This document shows positions 11,342 through 23,401 of a stretch of 64,000 nucleotides of DNA, piece after piece. The position numbers were made by a program, and so were the translations under genes. Numbering within the stretch: the first letter of the stretch is position 1; each line of letters starts with the position of its first letter. The notes beneath the pieces were generated by a model. It was not told the origin of the DNA, ran no database searches, and saw only the letters and a list, made by a program, of their open reading frames with translations. The stretch is taken from the NCBI RefSeq assembly GCF_057098645.1, contig NZ_CM169472.1; one strand, written 5' to 3'.

Positions 11342-12073
11342 CTATTTCCGACACGGTGGCGGCGCATAGCCATTGTTATCTGCCGGAAAGGCTTGTCCAG
11401 AGCACGGTGGCAGCGCGTTTTGCGCCTGGCCTTGTAATTCAAAGGCGGCAAAGCCTATTACACCGGTATTACGCACATCGCCTTGCGCCGAATTGGCTGC
11501 GTAGGAATCAGCAACGTTGGCGAACTGAAAAGCCGCTTCGGTATGTTTATCTTTGCGGAATCCTTTAATCGCTAACGAATCTCCGGCATTCACAATATAG
11601 CCGTTGTTATTCAGCGAACCTTGCTTGCCGTTCAGCACATCCAGGCCATCAACCGTAGCAACGATCTCGTAGTTGGTGTTACGACTGTAATTACGGACAT
11701 ATAATTGATAATTCATTCCGACTCTGGCATGGACAATATAGCGTGGTTCATTATTGGATGAATCATAAACACGCGTAATAGGTAGAGAATTAAAATTACC
11801 ATCGCGAATAGCATATTCCAGTTCGTTAATACGAATGCTATAAACGCGGTCGTAGCCGGAAGGAACATTAGTCGAATAACTAATAACGATCATCTCCGCC
11901 GGATCGCGCCAGGCTCGCTCAGCAGATACGCCCTGAACCGTTGAGTGCACATCCCCACCCCAGGCGGTGCCGACATTGCCCGATGCACTGCTATTATACT
12001 GCGCATTACTGGAACAACCGGCCAGCAGCACGATTAATGCCACCAACGCGCTACGTACTTTCCATTTTTTCAT
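11342..12073 (-). CDS. Predicted lipoprotein of unknown function (accessory gene between speB and speA)
   Basis: 243-aa ORF with signal peptide and LLAGCSS lipobox; Asn/Ser/Tyr-rich; no family recognised. Confidence 0.6.
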   Translation of the reverse strand: MKKWKVRSALVALIVLLAGCSSNAQYNSSASGNVGTAWGGDVHSTVQGVSAERAWRDPAEMIVISYSTNVPSGYDRVYSIRINELEYAIRDGNFNSLPITRVYDSSNNEPRYIVHARVGMNYQLYVRNYSRNTNYEIVATVDGLDVLNGKQGSLNNNGYIVNAGDSLAIKGFRKDKHTEAAFQFANVADSYAANSAQGDVRNTGVIGFAAFELQGQAQNALPPCSGQAFPADNNGYAPPPCRK

Positions 12074-12218
12074 AACCGTTCCCTCTGCATTTAATTAATG
12101 CAGCGATTGTAGGGAGATTATTTAATAAGAAAAGCAGCTAAATTATTTTTAAGAATATATAAAAAGAAAGCGGACCGATTTACGTAAATAAATCGACCCG
12201 CCAGCAGAATAATCTTAA

Positions 12219-14195
12219 TTATTCATCTTCAAGATAGGTATAACCGTACAAACCTGCCTCGAACTCTTCAAGGAACTGTTGTTGCAGTTCAGCATCAAGA
12301 TCGGTTTTCTTCACTTGATCACGGAACTGAGTTAACAGCGTTTTCGGATCGAGCTGTACATATTGCAGCATGTCCGCCACGGTATCGCCTTCGTCAGACA
12401 GTTCCACTTCTACACTACCGTCAGGGAAGACGAACACGTCAACCGCTTCGGTATCACCGAACAGGTTGTGCATGTTGCCGAGGATCTCCTGATATGCGCC
12501 GACCATAAAGAAACCGAGCATCGGCGGATTCTCTGGATCGTACTCCGGCATAGGCATTGTCGTGGCAATACCATCACCATCGATATAGTGGTCGATAGCA
12601 CCGTCAGAGTCACAGGTAATATCCAGCAGCACAGCGCGGCGTTCCGGCACTTGATCCAGCCCTTCCAGCGGCAGAACCGGGAACAACTGGTCGATCCCCC
12701 ACGCATCCGGCATCGACTGGAACAGCGAGAAGTTGACGTACATTTTGTCCGCCATACGTTCCTGCAGCTCGTCGATAATCGGACGATGAGCACGGTTTTG
12801 CGGATCCAGCTGCTTTTGCACTTCATGGCACATGCTCAAATAAAGCTGCTCAGCCCATGCACGTTCTTGCAGGCTAAAGGTGCCGGAAGAGTAGCCGATA
12901 TGAATGTCGTGCAGATCCATCTGGCTGTCGTGTAACCATTCACGCAGAGAACGGCGAGTTCCCGGTTCGTGCATCTCCTGCCAGGTTTCCCACATGCTTT
13001 GCAGCGCGCGCGGCGCATCTTCTGCAGGCGCGGTCGGCACCGTGTATTCGTTACGTTCCACGCCGATGATATTAGACACCAGCACGGTGTGATGCGCAGT
13101 CACTGCACGACCCGATTCAGTGATTACCGTCGGATGCGGCAGACTGTTTTCTTCACACGCATCACCAATCGCCCAGATGATGTTGTTGGCATATTCATTG
13201 AGGCCGTAGTTTACCGAACAGTCGGACTGCGAACGAGTACCTTCATAATCCACGCCCAGACCGCCGCCGACGTCGAAGCACTGAATATTGACGCCCAGCT
13301 TGTGCAGTTCCACATAGAAACGCGCCGATTCACGAACGCCTGTGGCGATATCGCGAATATTCGCCATCTGCGAACCGAGGTGGAAGTGCAGTAGTTGCAG
13401 GCTGTCGAGACGCCCGGCTTCACGCAGGGTTTCAACCAGTTGCAGTACCTGAGTCGCAGCCAGGCCGAACTTCGATTTTTCCCCGCCGGAGGACTGCCAT
13501 TTACCCGAGCCCTGCGAAGCCAGACGTGCACGCACGCCCAGACGAGGAACGACATTCAGACGTTCTGCTTCATCCAGCACAATGGCGATTTCTGACATCT
13601 TCTCAATGACCAGATAGACCTTGTGCCCCATCTTCTCGCCAATTAATGCCAGGCGGATATATTCGCGGTCTTTATAACCGTTGCAAACGATGACGCTACG
13701 GGTCATGCCAGCATGTGCCAGCACTGCCATCAACTCGGCTTTGGAACCGGCTTCCAGACCCAGCGGTTCGCCCGAATGAATCAGGGACTCAATCACGCGA
13801 CGGTGCTGGTTAACTTTGATCGGATAAACAAGGAAGTAATCGCCGTTATAGCCGTAGGATTCCCGCGCACGTTTGAACGCGGCGTTAATGGAACGCAAAC
13901 GGTGCTGCAGGATCTGCGGGAAACAGAACAGTGCAGGCAGACGCTGACCCTGTGCTTCACGAGTTTTCACTAACTGCGCGAGATCGACGCGAGCTTCCGG
14001 GACGTCCGGGTCCGGGCACACGCTGATGTGGCCCAGCTCGTTAACGTCATAGTAGTTATTGCCCCACCAGGCAATATTGTAAGTACGCAGCATCTTGCTG
14101 GCTTCCTGGGAGCTCATTGCAACCTCCTGCATGGAGCGTAGTACACCGTGTTCGCCCGCTGACGAAGGCAAACCCATAGACATGTCGTCAGACAT
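12219..14195 (-). CDS. speA: Biosynthetic arginine decarboxylase
   Basis: [25 protein letters not shown]... PLP-dependent decarboxylase, 658 aa from ATG at 14195. Confidence 0.95.
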   Translation of the reverse strand: MSDDMSMGLPSSAGEHGVLRSMQEVAMSSQEASKMLRTYNIAWWGNNYYDVNELGHISVCPDPDVPEARVDLAQLVKTREAQGQRLPALFCFPQILQHRLRSINAAFKRARESYGYNGDYFLVYPIKVNQHRRVIESLIHSGEPLGLEAGSKAELMAVLAHAGMTRSVIVCNGYKDREYIRLALIGEKMGHKVYLVIEKMSEIAIVLDEAERLNVVPRLGVRARLASQGSGKWQSSGGEKSKFGLAATQVLQLVETLREAGRLDSLQLLHFHLGSQMANIRDIATGVRESARFYVELHKLGVNIQCFDVGGGLGVDYEGTRSQSDCSVNYGLNEYANNIIWAIGDACEENSLPHPTVITESGRAVTAHHTVLVSNIIGVERNEYTVPTAPAEDAPRALQSMWETWQEMHEPGTRRSLREWLHDSQMDLHDIHIGYSSGTFSLQERAWAEQLYLSMCHEVQKQLDPQNRAHRPIIDELQERMADKMYVNFSLFQSMPDAWGIDQLFPVLPLEGLDQVPERRAVLLDITCDSDGAIDHYIDGDGIATTMPMPEYDPENPPMLGFFMVGAYQEILGNMHNLFGDTEAVDVFVFPDGSVEVELSDEGDTVADMLQYVQLDPKTLLTQFRDQVKKTDLDAELQQQFLEEFEAGLYGYTYLEDE

Positions 14196-14203
14196 AGCGA
14201 ACC

Positions 14204-14335
14204 TCAAATTATTTTATTAAGTGTAAAACAGTTAACGACTATCGCAGCCTGGAACTGCGATAACAACCCATAAGCACATGGATTTTCCAGCAGTGAATGC
14301 TGACGCTCCAACTGCGCAACCGGTTTCTTTTTCAT
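14204..14335 (-). CDS. yqgB: Small protein YqgB (43 aa)
   Basis: Reverse-strand translation read directly: [43 protein letters not shown]. Confidence 0.7.
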   Translation of the reverse strand: MKKKPVAQLERQHSLLENPCAYGLLSQFQAAIVVNCFTLNKII

Positions 14336-14470
14336 AACATTATTAAGCACATAACCGAACGTAAGTGTGACAGTTCGGCGAAACCACGAGAAAACTCTTG
14401 TTTTTACAAGAGCGCCCTTGTTCAGTCCTCAGTAACTGTAACCAGCTCTTGAATCCTGAGAAGCGCCGAG

Positions 14471-14686
14471 ATGGGTATAACATCGGCAGGTATGCAAAGC
14501 AGAGATGCAGAGTGCGGGGAACGAATCTTCACCAGAACGGTGAGACAGGTTAAGCAGCAGACAACGGTTCATTATTTCGTATCACCTCCACGGCCGCCTG
14601 TTAAGACGAACCCACAAGCCAAAACTCTGATTTCAACCCGGCTGGAAGTGGCAACACGAAAGAAACGTCGTGTGCTTTTTATTTAA
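14471..14686 (+). CDS. yqgC: Small hypothetical protein (YqgC position)
   Basis: 71-aa ORF between yqgB and metK, matching K-12 gene order; no functional evidence. Confidence 0.4.
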
Positions 14687-14989
14687 GCCGCGCGCCGCGT
14701 TTTATACCCCACAATGGCAGAAAATTGCAAAAGATAAATACGCAGAATGCCGGCATTGTCAGGAAAAATTTCCAGCCACGTTTTTAACAGAATGAGACAC
14801 GATTCAAAAAAAAGTGGAAATCGGGTGAAGAATTGACCTAAAATAGCCATCCAGATGTTAATCCATCCATACCGATTAACACTCAGACTGCCAGTGTTTT
14901 TAACCTGCAGAGTCGTGGTAGGATCCGCTACCACAGAAAATCCACACAACAGTTTGAGCTAACCAAATTCTCTTTAGGTGATATTAAAT

Positions 14990-16144
14990 ATGGCAAAACA
15001 CCTTTTTACGTCCGAGTCCGTCTCTGAAGGGCATCCTGACAAAATTGCTGACCAAATCTCTGATGCCGTTTTAGACGCGATCCTCGAACAGGATCCGAAA
15101 GCACGCGTTGCTTGCGAAACCTACGTAAAAACCGGCATGGTTTTAGTTGGCGGCGAAATCACCACCAGCGCCTGGGTAGACATCGAAGAGATCACCCGTA
15201 ACACCGTTCGCGAAATTGGCTATGTGCATTCCGACATGGGCTTTGACGCTAACTCCTGTGCGGTTCTGAGCGCTATCGGCAAACAGTCTCCTGACATCAA
15301 CCAGGGCGTTGACCGTGCCGATCCGCTGGAACAGGGCGCGGGTGACCAGGGTCTGATGTTTGGCTACGCAACTAATGAAACCGACGTGCTGATGCCAGCA
15401 CCTATCACCTATGCACACCGTCTGGTACAGCGTCAGGCTGAAGTGCGTAAAAATGGCACTCTGCCGTGGCTGCGCCCGGACGCGAAAAGCCAGGTGACTT
15501 TCCAGTATGACGACGGCAAAATCGTTGGTATTGATGCTGTCGTGCTTTCCACTCAGCACTCTGAAGAGATCGACCAGAAATCGCTGCAAGAAGCGGTAAT
15601 GGAAGAGATCATCAAGCCAATTCTGCCCGCTGAATGGCTGACTTCTGCCACCAAATTCTTCATCAACCCGACCGGTCGTTTCGTTATCGGTGGCCCAATG
15701 GGTGACTGCGGTCTGACTGGTCGTAAAATTATCGTTGATACCTACGGCGGCATGGCACGTCACGGTGGCGGAGCATTCTCTGGTAAAGATCCATCAAAAG
15801 TGGACCGTTCCGCTGCGTACGCAGCACGTTATGTTGCAAAAAACATCGTTGCTGCTGGCCTGGCCGATCGTTGTGAAATTCAGGTTTCCTACGCAATCGG
15901 CGTGGCTGAACCGACTTCCATCATGGTAGAAACTTTCGGTACTGAGAAAGTGCCTTCTGAACAACTGACTCTGCTGGTACGTGAGTTCTTCGACCTGCGC
16001 CCATACGGTCTGATTCAGATGCTGGATCTGCTGCACCCGATCTACAAAGAAACCGCAGCATACGGTCACTTTGGTCGTGAACATTTCCCGTGGGAAAAAA
16101 CCGACAAAGCGCAGCTGCTGCGCGATGCTGCCGGTCTGAAGTAA
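14990..16144 (+). CDS. metK: S-adenosylmethionine synthetase
   Basis: [29 protein letters not shown]..., 384 aa. Confidence 0.97.
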
Positions 16145-16163
16145 TCTTTCTTCACCTGCGTTC

Positions 16164-16195
16164 AAAGGCCAGCCTCGCGCTGGCCTTTTTCTTTT
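16164..16195 (+). terminator. Intrinsic terminator downstream of metK
   Basis: GC hairpin aaaggccagcctcgcgctggcc followed by a T-run. Confidence 0.75.
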
Positions 16196-16580
16196 ACCTC
16201 ACCGCGGTGGATAGGCGTTCACGCCGCATCCGGCAAAAAAACTGCCCGCACAATAACATCATTCTTCCTGATCACGTTTCACCGCAAATTATCATCACAA
16301 CTGAAACCGATTACACCAACCACAACAGACAAAGATTTGTAATATTTTCATATTATTATTCGGTTTTCACAGTTGTTACATTTCTTTTCAGTAAAGTCTT
16401 AATTGCAGATAACAGCGTTTAATCTATGATGATATAACTCAATTATTTTCATGCACTTAAATCATAACTAAGATAAATGTTAGTGTAAGCGATTACACTG
16501 ATGTGATTTGCTTCACATCTTTTTATGTCGTACTCACCTATCTTAATTCACAATAAAAAATAACCATATTGGAGGGCATC

Positions 16581-17975
16581 ATGCCTGACGCTAAAAAACA
16601 GGGGCGGTCAAACAAGGCAATGACGTTTTTCGTCTGCTTCCTTGCCGCTCTGGCGGGATTACTCTTTGGCCTGGATATCGGTGTAATTGCTGGCGCACTG
16701 CCGTTTATTGCAGATGAATTCCAGATTACTTCGCACACGCAAGAATGGGTCGTAAGCTCCATGATGTTCGGTGCGGCAGTCGGTGCGGTGGGCAGCGGCT
16801 GGCTCTCCTTTAAACTCGGACGCAAAAAGAGCCTGATGATCGGCGCAATTTTGTTTGTTGCCGGTTCGCTGTTCTCTGCGGCTGCGCCAAACGTTGAAGT
16901 ACTGATTCTTTCCCGCGTTCTGCTGGGGCTGGCGGTGGGTGTGGCCTCTTATACCGCACCACTGTACCTCTCTGAAATTGCGCCGGAAAAAATTCGCGGC
17001 AGTATGATCTCGATGTATCAGTTGATGATCACTATCGGGATCCTCGGTGCTTATCTTTCTGATACCGCCTTCAGCTACACCGGTGCATGGCGCTGGATGC
17101 TGGGTGTGATTATCATCCCGGCAATTTTGCTGCTGATTGGTGTCTTCTTCCTGCCAGACAGCCCACGTTGGTTTGCCGCCAAACGCCGTTTTGTTGATGC
17201 CGAACGCGTGCTGCTACGCCTGCGTGACACCAGCGCGGAAGCGAAACGCGAACTGGATGAAATCCGTGAAAGTTTGCAGGTTAAACAGAGTGGCTGGGCG
17301 CTGTTTAAAGAGAATAGCAACTTCCGCCGCGCGGTGTTCCTTGGCGTACTGTTACAGGTAATGCAGCAATTCACCGGGATGAACGTCATCATGTATTACG
17401 CGCCGAAAATCTTCGAACTGGCGGGTTATACCAACACTACCGAGCAAATGTGGGGGACAGTGATTGTCGGCCTGACCAACGTACTTGCCACCTTTATCGC
17501 AATCGGCCTTGTTGACCGCTGGGGACGTAAACCAACGCTAACGCTGGGCTTCCTGGTGATGGCTGCTGGTATGGGCGTACTCGGTACAATGATGCATATC
17601 GGTATCCACTCTCCGTCGGCGCAGTATTTCGCCATCGCCATGCTGCTGATGTTTATTGTCGGTTTTGCCATGAGTGCCGGTCCGCTGATTTGGGTACTGT
17701 GCTCCGAAATTCAGCCGCTGAAAGGCCGCGATTTTGGCATCACCTGCTCCACCGCCACCAACTGGATTGCCAACATGATCGTTGGCGCAACGTTCCTGAC
17801 CATGCTCAACACGCTGGGTAACGCCAACACCTTCTGGGTGTACGCGGCTCTGAACGTACTGTTTATCCTGCTGACATTGTGGCTGGTACCGGAAACCAAA
17901 CACGTTTCGCTGGAACATATTGAACGTAATCTGATGAAAGGTCGTAAACTGCGCGAAATCGGCGCTCACGATTAA
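16581..17975 (+). CDS. galP: Galactose:H+ symporter (MFS sugar porter)
   Basis: [43 protein letters not shown]..., 464 aa. Confidence 0.95.
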   Translation: MPDAKKQGRSNKAMTFFVCFLAALAGLLFGLDIGVIAGALPFIADEFQITSHTQEWVVSSMMFGAAVGAVGSGWLSFKLGRKKSLMIGAILFVAGSLFSAAAPNVEVLILSRVLLGLAVGVASYTAPLYLSEIAPEKIRGSMISMYQLMITIGILGAYLSDTAFSYTGAWRWMLGVIIIPAILLLIGVFFLPDSPRWFAAKRRFVDAERVLLRLRDTSAEAKRELDEIRESLQVKQSGWALFKENSNFRRAVFLGVLLQVMQQFTGMNVIMYYAPKIFELAGYTNTTEQMWGTVIVGLTNVLATFIAIGLVDRWGRKPTLTLGFLVMAAGMGVLGTMMHIGIHSPSAQYFAIAMLLMFIVGFAMSAGPLIWVLCSEIQPLKGRDFGITCSTATNWIANMIVGATFLTMLNTLGNANTFWVYAALNVLFILLTLWLVPETKHVSLEHIERNLMKGRKLREIGAHD

Positions 17976-18051
17976 TCTCCTCAGGCTTCCTCCCGTCGCG
18001 GAGGAAGCCGCCTCTTGCAGTCATCTTTTCTTCGCTCTATCCTCTGCCGCT

Positions 18052-18549
18052 ATGAAAACATCCCGTCTCCCTATCGCCATCCAACAGGCCGTTATGCGTC
18101 GCCTGCGGGAAAAACTCGCCCAGGCTAACCTGAAATTGGGGCGTAACTACCCGGAGCCAAAACTCTCTTACACCCAGCGCGGCACCTCCGCCGGAACAGC
18201 CTGGCTGGAAAGCTATGAAATCCGCCTCAATCCCGTTTTGCTGTTGGAAAACAGTGAAGCCTTTATTGAAGAAGTGGTGCCGCACGAACTGGCACATTTG
18301 CTGGTATGGAAACATTTCGGCCGCGTAGCACCACATGGCAAAGAGTGGAAGTGGATGATGGAAAACGTGCTGGGTGTTCCCGCCCGTCGTACGCATCAGT
18401 TCGAACTGCAATCCGTGCGTCGCAACACCTTCCCCTACCGCTGCAAGTGCCAGGAGCATCAGCTTACCGTACGCCGCCATAATCGCGTAGTTCGTGGCGA
18501 AGCCGTCTATCGCTGTGTTCACTGCGGCGAACAACTGGTTGCGAAATAA
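18052..18549 (+). CDS. sprT: SprT-family zinc metalloprotein
   Basis: 165-aa ORF with HELAH motif and C-terminal Cys pairs. Confidence 0.85.
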   Translation: MKTSRLPIAIQQAVMRRLREKLAQANLKLGRNYPEPKLSYTQRGTSAGTAWLESYEIRLNPVLLLENSEAFIEEVVPHELAHLLVWKHFGRVAPHGKEWKWMMENVLGVPARRTHQFELQSVRRNTFPYRCKCQEHQLTVRRHNRVVRGEAVYRCVHCGEQLVAK

Positions 18550-18643
18550 CCACCTGAACTATCAGGAACTTTCCTGATCTGGCTGATTGCATACCAAAAC
18601 AACTTTCGCTACGTTGCTGGCTCGTTTTAACACGGAGTAAGTG

Positions 18644-19351
18644 ATGTACCGTTATTTGTCTATTGCTGCGGTGGTACTGAGCGCAGCATTTTCCGGCCCG
18701 GCGTTGGCCGAAGGTATCAATAGTTTTTCTCAGGCGAAAGCCGCGGCGGTAAAAGTCCACGCTGACGCGCCCGGTACGTTTTATTGCGGATGTAAAATTA
18801 ACTGGCAGGGCAAAAAAGGCGTTGTTGATCTGCAATCGTGCGGCTATCAGGTGCGCAAAAATGAAAACCGCGCCAGCCGCGTAGAGTGGGAACACGTCGT
18901 TCCCGCCTGGCAATTCGGTCACCAGCGCCAGTGCTGGCAGGACGGTGGACGTAAAAACTGCGCTAAAGATCCGGTCTATCGCAAGATGGAAAGCGATATG
19001 CATAACCTGCAGCCGTCAGTCGGCGAGGTGAATGGCGATCGCGGCAACTTTATGTACAGCCAGTGGAATGGCGGCGAAGGCCAGTACGGTCAATGCGTCA
19101 TGAAGGTTGATTTCAAAGAAAAAGCTGCCGAACCACCAGCGCGTGCACGCGGTGCCATTGCGCGCACCTACTTCTATATGCGCGACCAATACAACCTGAC
19201 ACTCTCTCGCCAGCAAACGCAGCTGTTCAACGCATGGAACAAGATGTATCCGGTTACCGACTGGGAGTGCGAGCGCGATGAACGCATCGCGAAGGTGCAG
19301 GGCAATCATAACCCGTATGTGCAACGCGCTTGCCAGGCGCGAAAGAGCTAA
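18644..19351 (+). CDS. endA: Periplasmic endonuclease I
   Basis: [24 protein letters not shown]... signal peptide, 235 aa. Confidence 0.92.
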   Translation: MYRYLSIAAVVLSAAFSGPALAEGINSFSQAKAAAVKVHADAPGTFYCGCKINWQGKKGVVDLQSCGYQVRKNENRASRVEWEHVVPAWQFGHQRQCWQDGGRKNCAKDPVYRKMESDMHNLQPSVGEVNGDRGNFMYSQWNGGEGQYGQCVMKVDFKEKAAEPPARARGAIARTYFYMRDQYNLTLSRQQTQLFNAWNKMYPVTDWECERDERIAKVQGNHNPYVQRACQARKS

Positions 19352-19430
19352 CCTACACTAGCGGGATTCTTTTTGTTAACCCCTACCCCACGCGAACAAC
19401 CGCGTGGGGAGACGACGCGGATTTTTAACT

Positions 19431-20162
19431 ATGCGTATCCCCCGCATTTATCATCCTGAACCACTGACCAGCCATTCTCACATCGCGCTTTGCGAAGATG
19501 CCGCCAACCATATCGGGCGCGTACTGCGCATGGGGCCGGGGCAGGCGTTGCAATTGTTTGACGGTAGCAACCAGGTCTTTGACGCCGAAATTACCAGCGC
19601 CAGCAAAAAAAGCGTGGAAGTGAAGGTGCTGGAAGGCCAGATCGACGATCGCGAATCTCCGCTGCATATTCACCTCGGTCAGGTGATGTCGCGTGGTGAA
19701 AAAATGGAATTTACGATCCAGAAATCGATCGAACTCGGTGTAAGCCTCATTACGCCACTTTTTTCTGAGCGCTGCGGCGTTAAACTGGATAGTGAACGTC
19801 TGAACAAGAAGCTCCAGCAGTGGCAGAAGATTGCAATTGCTGCCTGTGAGCAGTGTGGTCGTAACCGGGTGCCGGAAATCCGTCCAGCGATGGATCTGGA
19901 AGCCTGGTGTGCAGAGCAGGATGAAGGACTGAAACTGAATCTTCACCCGCGCGCCAGTAACAGCATCAATACGTTGCCTTTACCGGTTGAACGCGTCCGC
20001 CTGCTGATTGGCCCGGAAGGCGGTTTATCGGCAGATGAAATTGCCATGACTGCCCGCTATCAATTTACTGATATCCTGTTGGGACCTCGCGTTTTGCGTA
20101 CAGAGACAACTGCGCTCACCGCCATTACCGCGCTACAAGTACGATTTGGCGATTTGGGCTAA
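19431..20162 (+). CDS. rsmE: 16S rRNA (uracil1498-N3)-methyltransferase
   Basis: [16 protein letters not shown]..., 243 aa from ATG at 19431. Confidence 0.9.
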
Positions 20163-20174
20163 CGGAGAAGAATA

Positions 20175-21125
20175 ATGATCAAGCTCGGCATCGTGATGGA
20201 CCCCATCGCAAACATCAACATCAAGAAAGATTCCAGTTTCGCTATGTTGCTGGAAGCACAGCGTCGTGGTTACGAACTTCACTATATGGAGATGGGCGAT
20301 CTGTATCTGAGCAATGGCGAAGCCCGCGCCCATACCCGCACGCTGAACGTGAAGCAGAACTACGAAGAGTGGTTTTCATTCGTCGGTGAACAGGATCTGC
20401 CGCTGGCCGATCTCGATGTGATCCTGATGCGTAAAGACCCGCCGTTTGATACCGAGTTTATCTACGCGACCTATATTCTGGAACGTGCCGAAGAGAAAGG
20501 GACGCTGATCGTTAACAAGCCGCAGAGCCTGCGCGACTGTAACGAGAAACTGTTTACCGCCTGGTTCTCTGACTTAACGCCAGAAACGCTGGTTACGCGC
20601 AATAAAGCGCAGCTAAAAGCGTTCTGGGAGAAACACAGCGACATCATTCTTAAGCCGCTGGACGGTATGGGCGGCGCGTCGATTTTCCGCGTGAAAGAAG
20701 GCGATCCAAACCTCGGTGTGATTGCCGAAACCCTGACTGAGCATGGCACTCGCTACTGCATGGCACAAAATTACCTGCCAGCCATTAAAGATGGCGACAA
20801 ACGCGTGCTGGTGGTGGATGGCGAGCCGGTACCGTACTGCCTGGCGCGTATTCCGCAGGGGGGCGAAACCCGTGGTAATCTGGCTGCCGGTGGTCGCGGT
20901 GAACCTCGTCCGCTGACGGAAAGTGACTGGAAAATCGCCCGTCAGATCGGGCCGACGCTGAAAGAAAAAGGGCTGATTTTTGTTGGTCTGGATATCATCG
21001 GCGACCGTCTGACTGAAATTAACGTCACCAGCCCAACCTGTATTCGTGAGATTGAAGCAGAGTTTCCGGTGTCGATCACCGGAATGTTAATGGATGCCAT
21101 CGAAGCACGTTTACAGCAGCAGTAA
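20175..21125 (+). CDS. gshB: Glutathione synthetase
   Basis: MIKLGIVMDPIANINIKKDSSFAMLLEAQRRGYELHYMEM..., 316 aa, ATP-grasp. Confidence 0.95.
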   Translation: MIKLGIVMDPIANINIKKDSSFAMLLEAQRRGYELHYMEMGDLYLSNGEARAHTRTLNVKQNYEEWFSFVGEQDLPLADLDVILMRKDPPFDTEFIYATYILERAEEKGTLIVNKPQSLRDCNEKLFTAWFSDLTPETLVTRNKAQLKAFWEKHSDIILKPLDGMGGASIFRVKEGDPNLGVIAETLTEHGTRYCMAQNYLPAIKDGDKRVLVVDGEPVPYCLARIPQGGETRGNLAAGGRGEPRPLTESDWKIARQIGPTLKEKGLIFVGLDIIGDRLTEINVTSPTCIREIEAEFPVSITGMLMDAIEARLQQQ

Positions 21126-21233
21126 CCCACCTTAGCGAGAAGGATCTCGTTGAGACTCTGAGTGACAGCGCCCTTCTTTCCACGCATACTGGGCGCTGTT
21201 GCTTTTTTGAACCAGGAAACAGAACCTCTGACA

Positions 21234-21797
21234 ATGAATTTACAGCATCACTTTCTTATTGCCATGCCTGCTCTCCAGGATCCGATTTTCCGTCGTTCCG
21301 TGGTCTACATTTGCGAACATAATACCAATGGTGCAATGGGGATCATCGTCAACAAGCCGCTGGAAAATCTCAAAATTGAAGGGATTCTGGAAAAGCTGAA
21401 GATCACGCCGGAGCCGCGTGATGAATCAATCCGTCTGGATAAACCGGTTATGCTCGGCGGCCCACTGGCTGAAGATCGCGGGTTTATTTTGCATACTCCG
21501 CCCTCTAATTTTGCTTCCAGCATTCGCATTTCAGACAACACAGTGATGACCACTTCCCGCGATGTGCTGGAAACGCTCGGCACCGATAAACAACCGTCTG
21601 ACGTATTGGTGGCTCTGGGTTATGCCTCCTGGGAGAAAGGTCAACTGGAACAAGAAATTCTCGATAACGCGTGGCTAACGGCCCCGGCAGATCTGAATAT
21701 TCTGTTCAAAACGCCGATTGCCGACCGCTGGCGCGAGGCGGCAAAACTGATTGGTGTGGATATTCTCACCATGCCTGGCGTTGCGGGGCACGCCTGA
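21234..21797 (+). CDS. yqgE: UPF0301 protein YqgE
   Basis: [30 protein letters not shown]..., 187 aa from internal ATG. Confidence 0.88.
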
Positions 21798-22213
21798 TGA
21801 GTGGAACCTTACTCGCCTTCGACTTCGGCACCAAAAGCATTGGCGTAGCGGTCGGCCAACGCATTACCGGCACCGCTCGCCCTTTGCCTGCAATTAAAGC
21901 ACAGGACGGTACGCCGGACTGGAACCTCATCGAACGTTTACTGAAAGAGTGGCAGCCGGACGAAATCATCGTCGGTTTGCCGCTGAATATGGACGGTACC
22001 GAGCAACCATTGACTGCCAGAGCGCGTAAATTTGCCAACCGTATTCATGGTCGTTTCGGTGTTGAAGTAAAGCTCCATGACGAACGTCTTAGCACCGTGG
22101 AAGCCCGTTCCGGTCTGTTTGAACAGGGCGGCTATCGGGCGCTCAACAAAGGCAAAGTCGACTCTGCCTCTGCGGTTATTATTCTCGAAAGCTATTTCGA
22201 GCAGGGATATTAA
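21797..22213 (+). CDS. ruvX: Putative pre-16S rRNA nuclease / Holliday-junction resolvase-like (YqgF)
   Basis: [27 protein letters not shown]..., 138 aa; start overlaps the yqgE stop. Confidence 0.9.
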
Positions 22214-22254
22214 GGCGATTTAAACGCCTGCTGGAGTGTAAATAATATCATCGC

Positions 22255-22395
22255 GCCTTACGCCTTATTGCCGGATGCGGCGTGAACGCCTTATCCGGCC
22301 TACATGTGGCAGCGGTTGTAGGTCTGATAAGACGCGCAAGCGTCGCATCAGACGTTTATTGCCTTTGTAGGCCCGATAAGCTTGCACATCGGGCA
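22255..22395. repeat. REP/BIME cluster
   Basis: gccggatgcggcgtgaacgccttatccggcctac and related palindromes. Confidence 0.8.
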
Positions 22396-22403
22396 TGGCA
22401 ACG

Positions 22404-23384
22404 TCACAAACGCCCTTCCCCCACCCGCTGCTGATAACTCTGCTGAAACGTTATCATCCCCACCTGCTGCCCGGTTTGAATAACATGCGGTAACTGGTGG
22501 GTTTTCCCTTCGCGAATCAAATTCCCCACCGCGGGTGTGTTAATCAGCAATTCAAACAGCGCCACGCGTCCTTCCTGTTTATCCACTTCCAGCTTTTGTG
22601 ACAACACTGCCCGTAAACTACCTGCCAGTTGATTACGTACGGGATCTTTTTCCTGCGCCGGAAATGAATCCACCAGCCGCTTAACTGCCTGCGCCGCACC
22701 ACGCGTATGTAATGTTGCCAGCACCAAATGCCCGGTTTCTGCCGCCGTCAGCGCCAGACGGATTGTCTCGCTGTCACGCAGCTCTCCGAGCAAAATCACA
22801 TCAGGATCTTCCCGCAATGCGGCCCGCAATCCCGATGCGAACGTCATACAATTCAAACCGATTTCCCGCTGCTGGATCAAACATCGCTGGCTGGCATAGA
22901 GATATTCAACAGGATCTTCCAGCGTCAGAATATGCGCATCGGCATGTTGATTGAGATAGCCAACCATTGCCGCCAGCGTGGTGGATTTACCACTCCCCGT
23001 CGCCCCCGTCACCAGAATCAGGCCATTCTCGCTCTTGAGTAATTCCGGCAATACCGGTGGTGCGCCAAGCTGTTCGAGCTGCGGGCAGCACGAAGGTAAC
23101 AACCGTAACGCCAGAGAAATACCTTGCCGTTGTGCGAACGCACTGCCGCGCAATCGCTGGTTTTCCGCCAGCGACACGGCAAAATCCAGCTGACCATTCT
23201 TCAGCAATATTGCCCGCTGATCGTCATCCAGCCACTCCCGCAGTAGCTCTTCGACGTCCGGCGCATCAAACGGTGCAGCTTCCATTAGCCCGCGAATGCG
23301 CCATCGTGCGGGCCAGGCGCTGCACAGGTGTAGATCCGAGACGTTATGCTTTACACTAAGGGCCACAATTTCTTCCATATTCAT
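22404..23384 (-). CDS. yggR: PilT-like type IV pilus retraction ATPase homolog
   Basis: MNMEEIVALSVKHNVSDLHL...; Walker A GATGSGKST; 326 aa from ATG at 23384. Confidence 0.88.
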   Translation of the reverse strand: MNMEEIVALSVKHNVSDLHLCSAWPARWRIRGLMEAAPFDAPDVEELLREWLDDDQRAILLKNGQLDFAVSLAENQRLRGSAFAQRQGISLALRLLPSCCPQLEQLGAPPVLPELLKSENGLILVTGATGSGKSTTLAAMVGYLNQHADAHILTLEDPVEYLYASQRCLIQQREIGLNCMTFASGLRAALREDPDVILLGELRDSETIRLALTAAETGHLVLATLHTRGAAQAVKRLVDSFPAQEKDPVRNQLAGSLRAVLSQKLEVDKQEGRVALFELLINTPAVGNLIREGKTHQLPHVIQTGQQVGMITFQQSYQQRVGEGRL

Positions 23385-23401
23385 ACTAAGATCCTCGGAA
23401 A

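Noticed and set aside
12363-13555. Several 100-190-aa ORFs on both strands inside speA
   Set aside because: Overlap the well-supported speA reading frame; no start signals or family resemblance.
14683-14949. 88-aa minus-strand ORF upstream of metK (possible yqgD)
   Set aside because: Overlaps the metK promoter region and I cannot verify a match to the annotated small protein; left unannotated.
14700-14990. MetJ boxes (AGACGTCT repeats) upstream of metK
   Set aside because: I could not identify clear tandem met-box matches by eye, so no regulatory site is reported.
15143-15763. 206-aa minus-strand ORF
   Set aside because: Antisense to metK; shadow ORF.
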